Positions 62,980 through 64,000 of a stretch of 64,000 nucleotides of DNA are shown in pieces (within the stretch, counting starts at the first letter, position 1; every line of letters begins with the position of its first letter). The notes under the pieces were generated by a model. It made no database searches, was not told the origin of the DNA, and saw only the letters and a program-made list of their open reading frames with translations. The stretch is from Camelus ferus (Eukaryota): assembly GCF_009834535.1 (NCBI RefSeq), contig NC_045707.1, positions 54,252,001 through 54,316,000 on the forward strand, read 5' to 3'. Made by a program: the position numbers and the translations under genes.

Positions 62980-64000
62980 TTGTAGTGAAACTGACAGGTA
63001 ATACCTTAAAAGCAACAAGAGAAGGCAGAAGAGAGTTCAATATCTTCAGTGATCTGAAAGTTCTATGAATGAAAGAAAGTTACTGTCAAACTGGAATTCA
63101 CCAGAATAAGGACAAAATACAGAAACATTTTCATAGTAACAAAAGCTGCGTTTGCTACTAGCAAACCCTTTTTAAAGATATTTACTTAAATGGACAGTCC
63201 TTTTCACAATAAAATTCCAGATGAAAGATCCATATTGCAAGATGATATAAGAAATTCATGAATAAGAAATATGTTCATAAAATCAAATATAAATTGACAG
63301 TATAAATAGCAACAATAATGTCTTGTGAAATTAAATATGTCAAGTAAAAGAGAAAAATATTAATACATAATTCACTATGGAGCTGAATTGAATTAATATG
63401 TTCAATGGTTCCTATATTCCCTAGGAAGAGCAAAGATTAATTTTAGATTATTTTAACTATGTCATGTTATGATTTCCAGAGTAAAAACTAAGATGAATAT
63501 ATGTAAACAATATTAATTCCACTTTAGTACAAAGAAAACAATAGGAAGAAAAGAGGTATTCAATCCAAAATGGAACAAAGAAAGTAAAGAAAAAGAACAC
63601 AGTGTATTCAGGCTAATAGAAAACACAAAATAGATATTCATTCAACTATATCAGTACTTATATTACATGTAATTGGTTAAATAACACAGTTAGCAGGTAA
63701 CAATTGTTTCTAGATTTAAAAAAAAAAGTCCAAAAGTCAAACTTAAATTATGAAGGTACAGTAAGTTTGATAAGTAATTAAGTAAGATTAATATGTAATT
63801 AAGTAAGATTAATAAGTAATTTAATAAGAAATTTTGAAATAAGTGAAAATGAAATGAAAATAAAATACAACTTATTAAATACGTAAAATGCAGAAAAATA
63901 GTGCTTACAGGGCAATTTATAGCACTGAATGCATATTTTAGAAAAGAAGAAATATCTAAAATCAATAATCTAAGTTTCTACCTTAGGAAACTTGGGAAAA
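62980..64000 (+). mobile_element. Old LINE-1 fragment (ORF1 end to ORF2), continuing past the window
   Basis: The last ~100 nt encode ..VLTGQFIALNAYFRKEEISKINNLSFYLRKLG, a recognisable L1 ORF2 segment; A-rich degenerate L1 sequence precedes it. Confidence 0.75.
63774..63821. repeat. Short 21-bp tandem duplication
   Basis: GTAATTAAGTAAGATTAATA at 63774-63793 and 63795-63814, plus a partial third copy. Confidence 0.8.

Overview
Mammalian genomic DNA, most likely a camelid: there is one tRNA-Ala-like SINE resembling the camelid Vic-1 family, and I see no Alu, B1, Bov-tA/BovB, PRE1 or Can-SINE. The left end holds the 5' half of the paired-class homeobox gene ALX1 (CART1) on the minus strand: TATA-like box at ~5030, coding exon 1 at 4616-4841, exon 2 at 1455-1759, and the remaining exons off-window to the left. 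It sits in a CpG island, with a second CpG island ~6 kb upstream. The rest of the window is the 3' end of the upstream neighbour LRRIQ1, also on the minus strand. Its coding exons lie at 51661-51793, 48908-48968 and 43033-43185, and an alternative in-frame terminal exon at 22187-22329 is reached through an internal donor at 43065. The ORF track catches only the 43033 exon of LRRIQ1. Introns and intergenic DNA contain ordinary eutherian repeats (L1, L2, MIR, MaLR/ERV LTRs, hAT elements, microsatellites). I found no prokaryotic-type system (CRISPR, operon) and no convincing novel protein-coding gene. The best leads are splicing and regulatory: two mutually exclusive LRRIQ1 C-termini, a recursive-splice-like AG|GTAAG junction, a possible upstream ALX1 promoter with a microexon and CTCF-like sites, candidate neural-crest enhancer palindromes, and an unusual 3'-truncated L1 flanked by a target-site duplication. 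Gene and repeat family names come from my recall of the sequences, not from a database search; repeat boundaries are approximate unless a TSD or TG..CA end is given.
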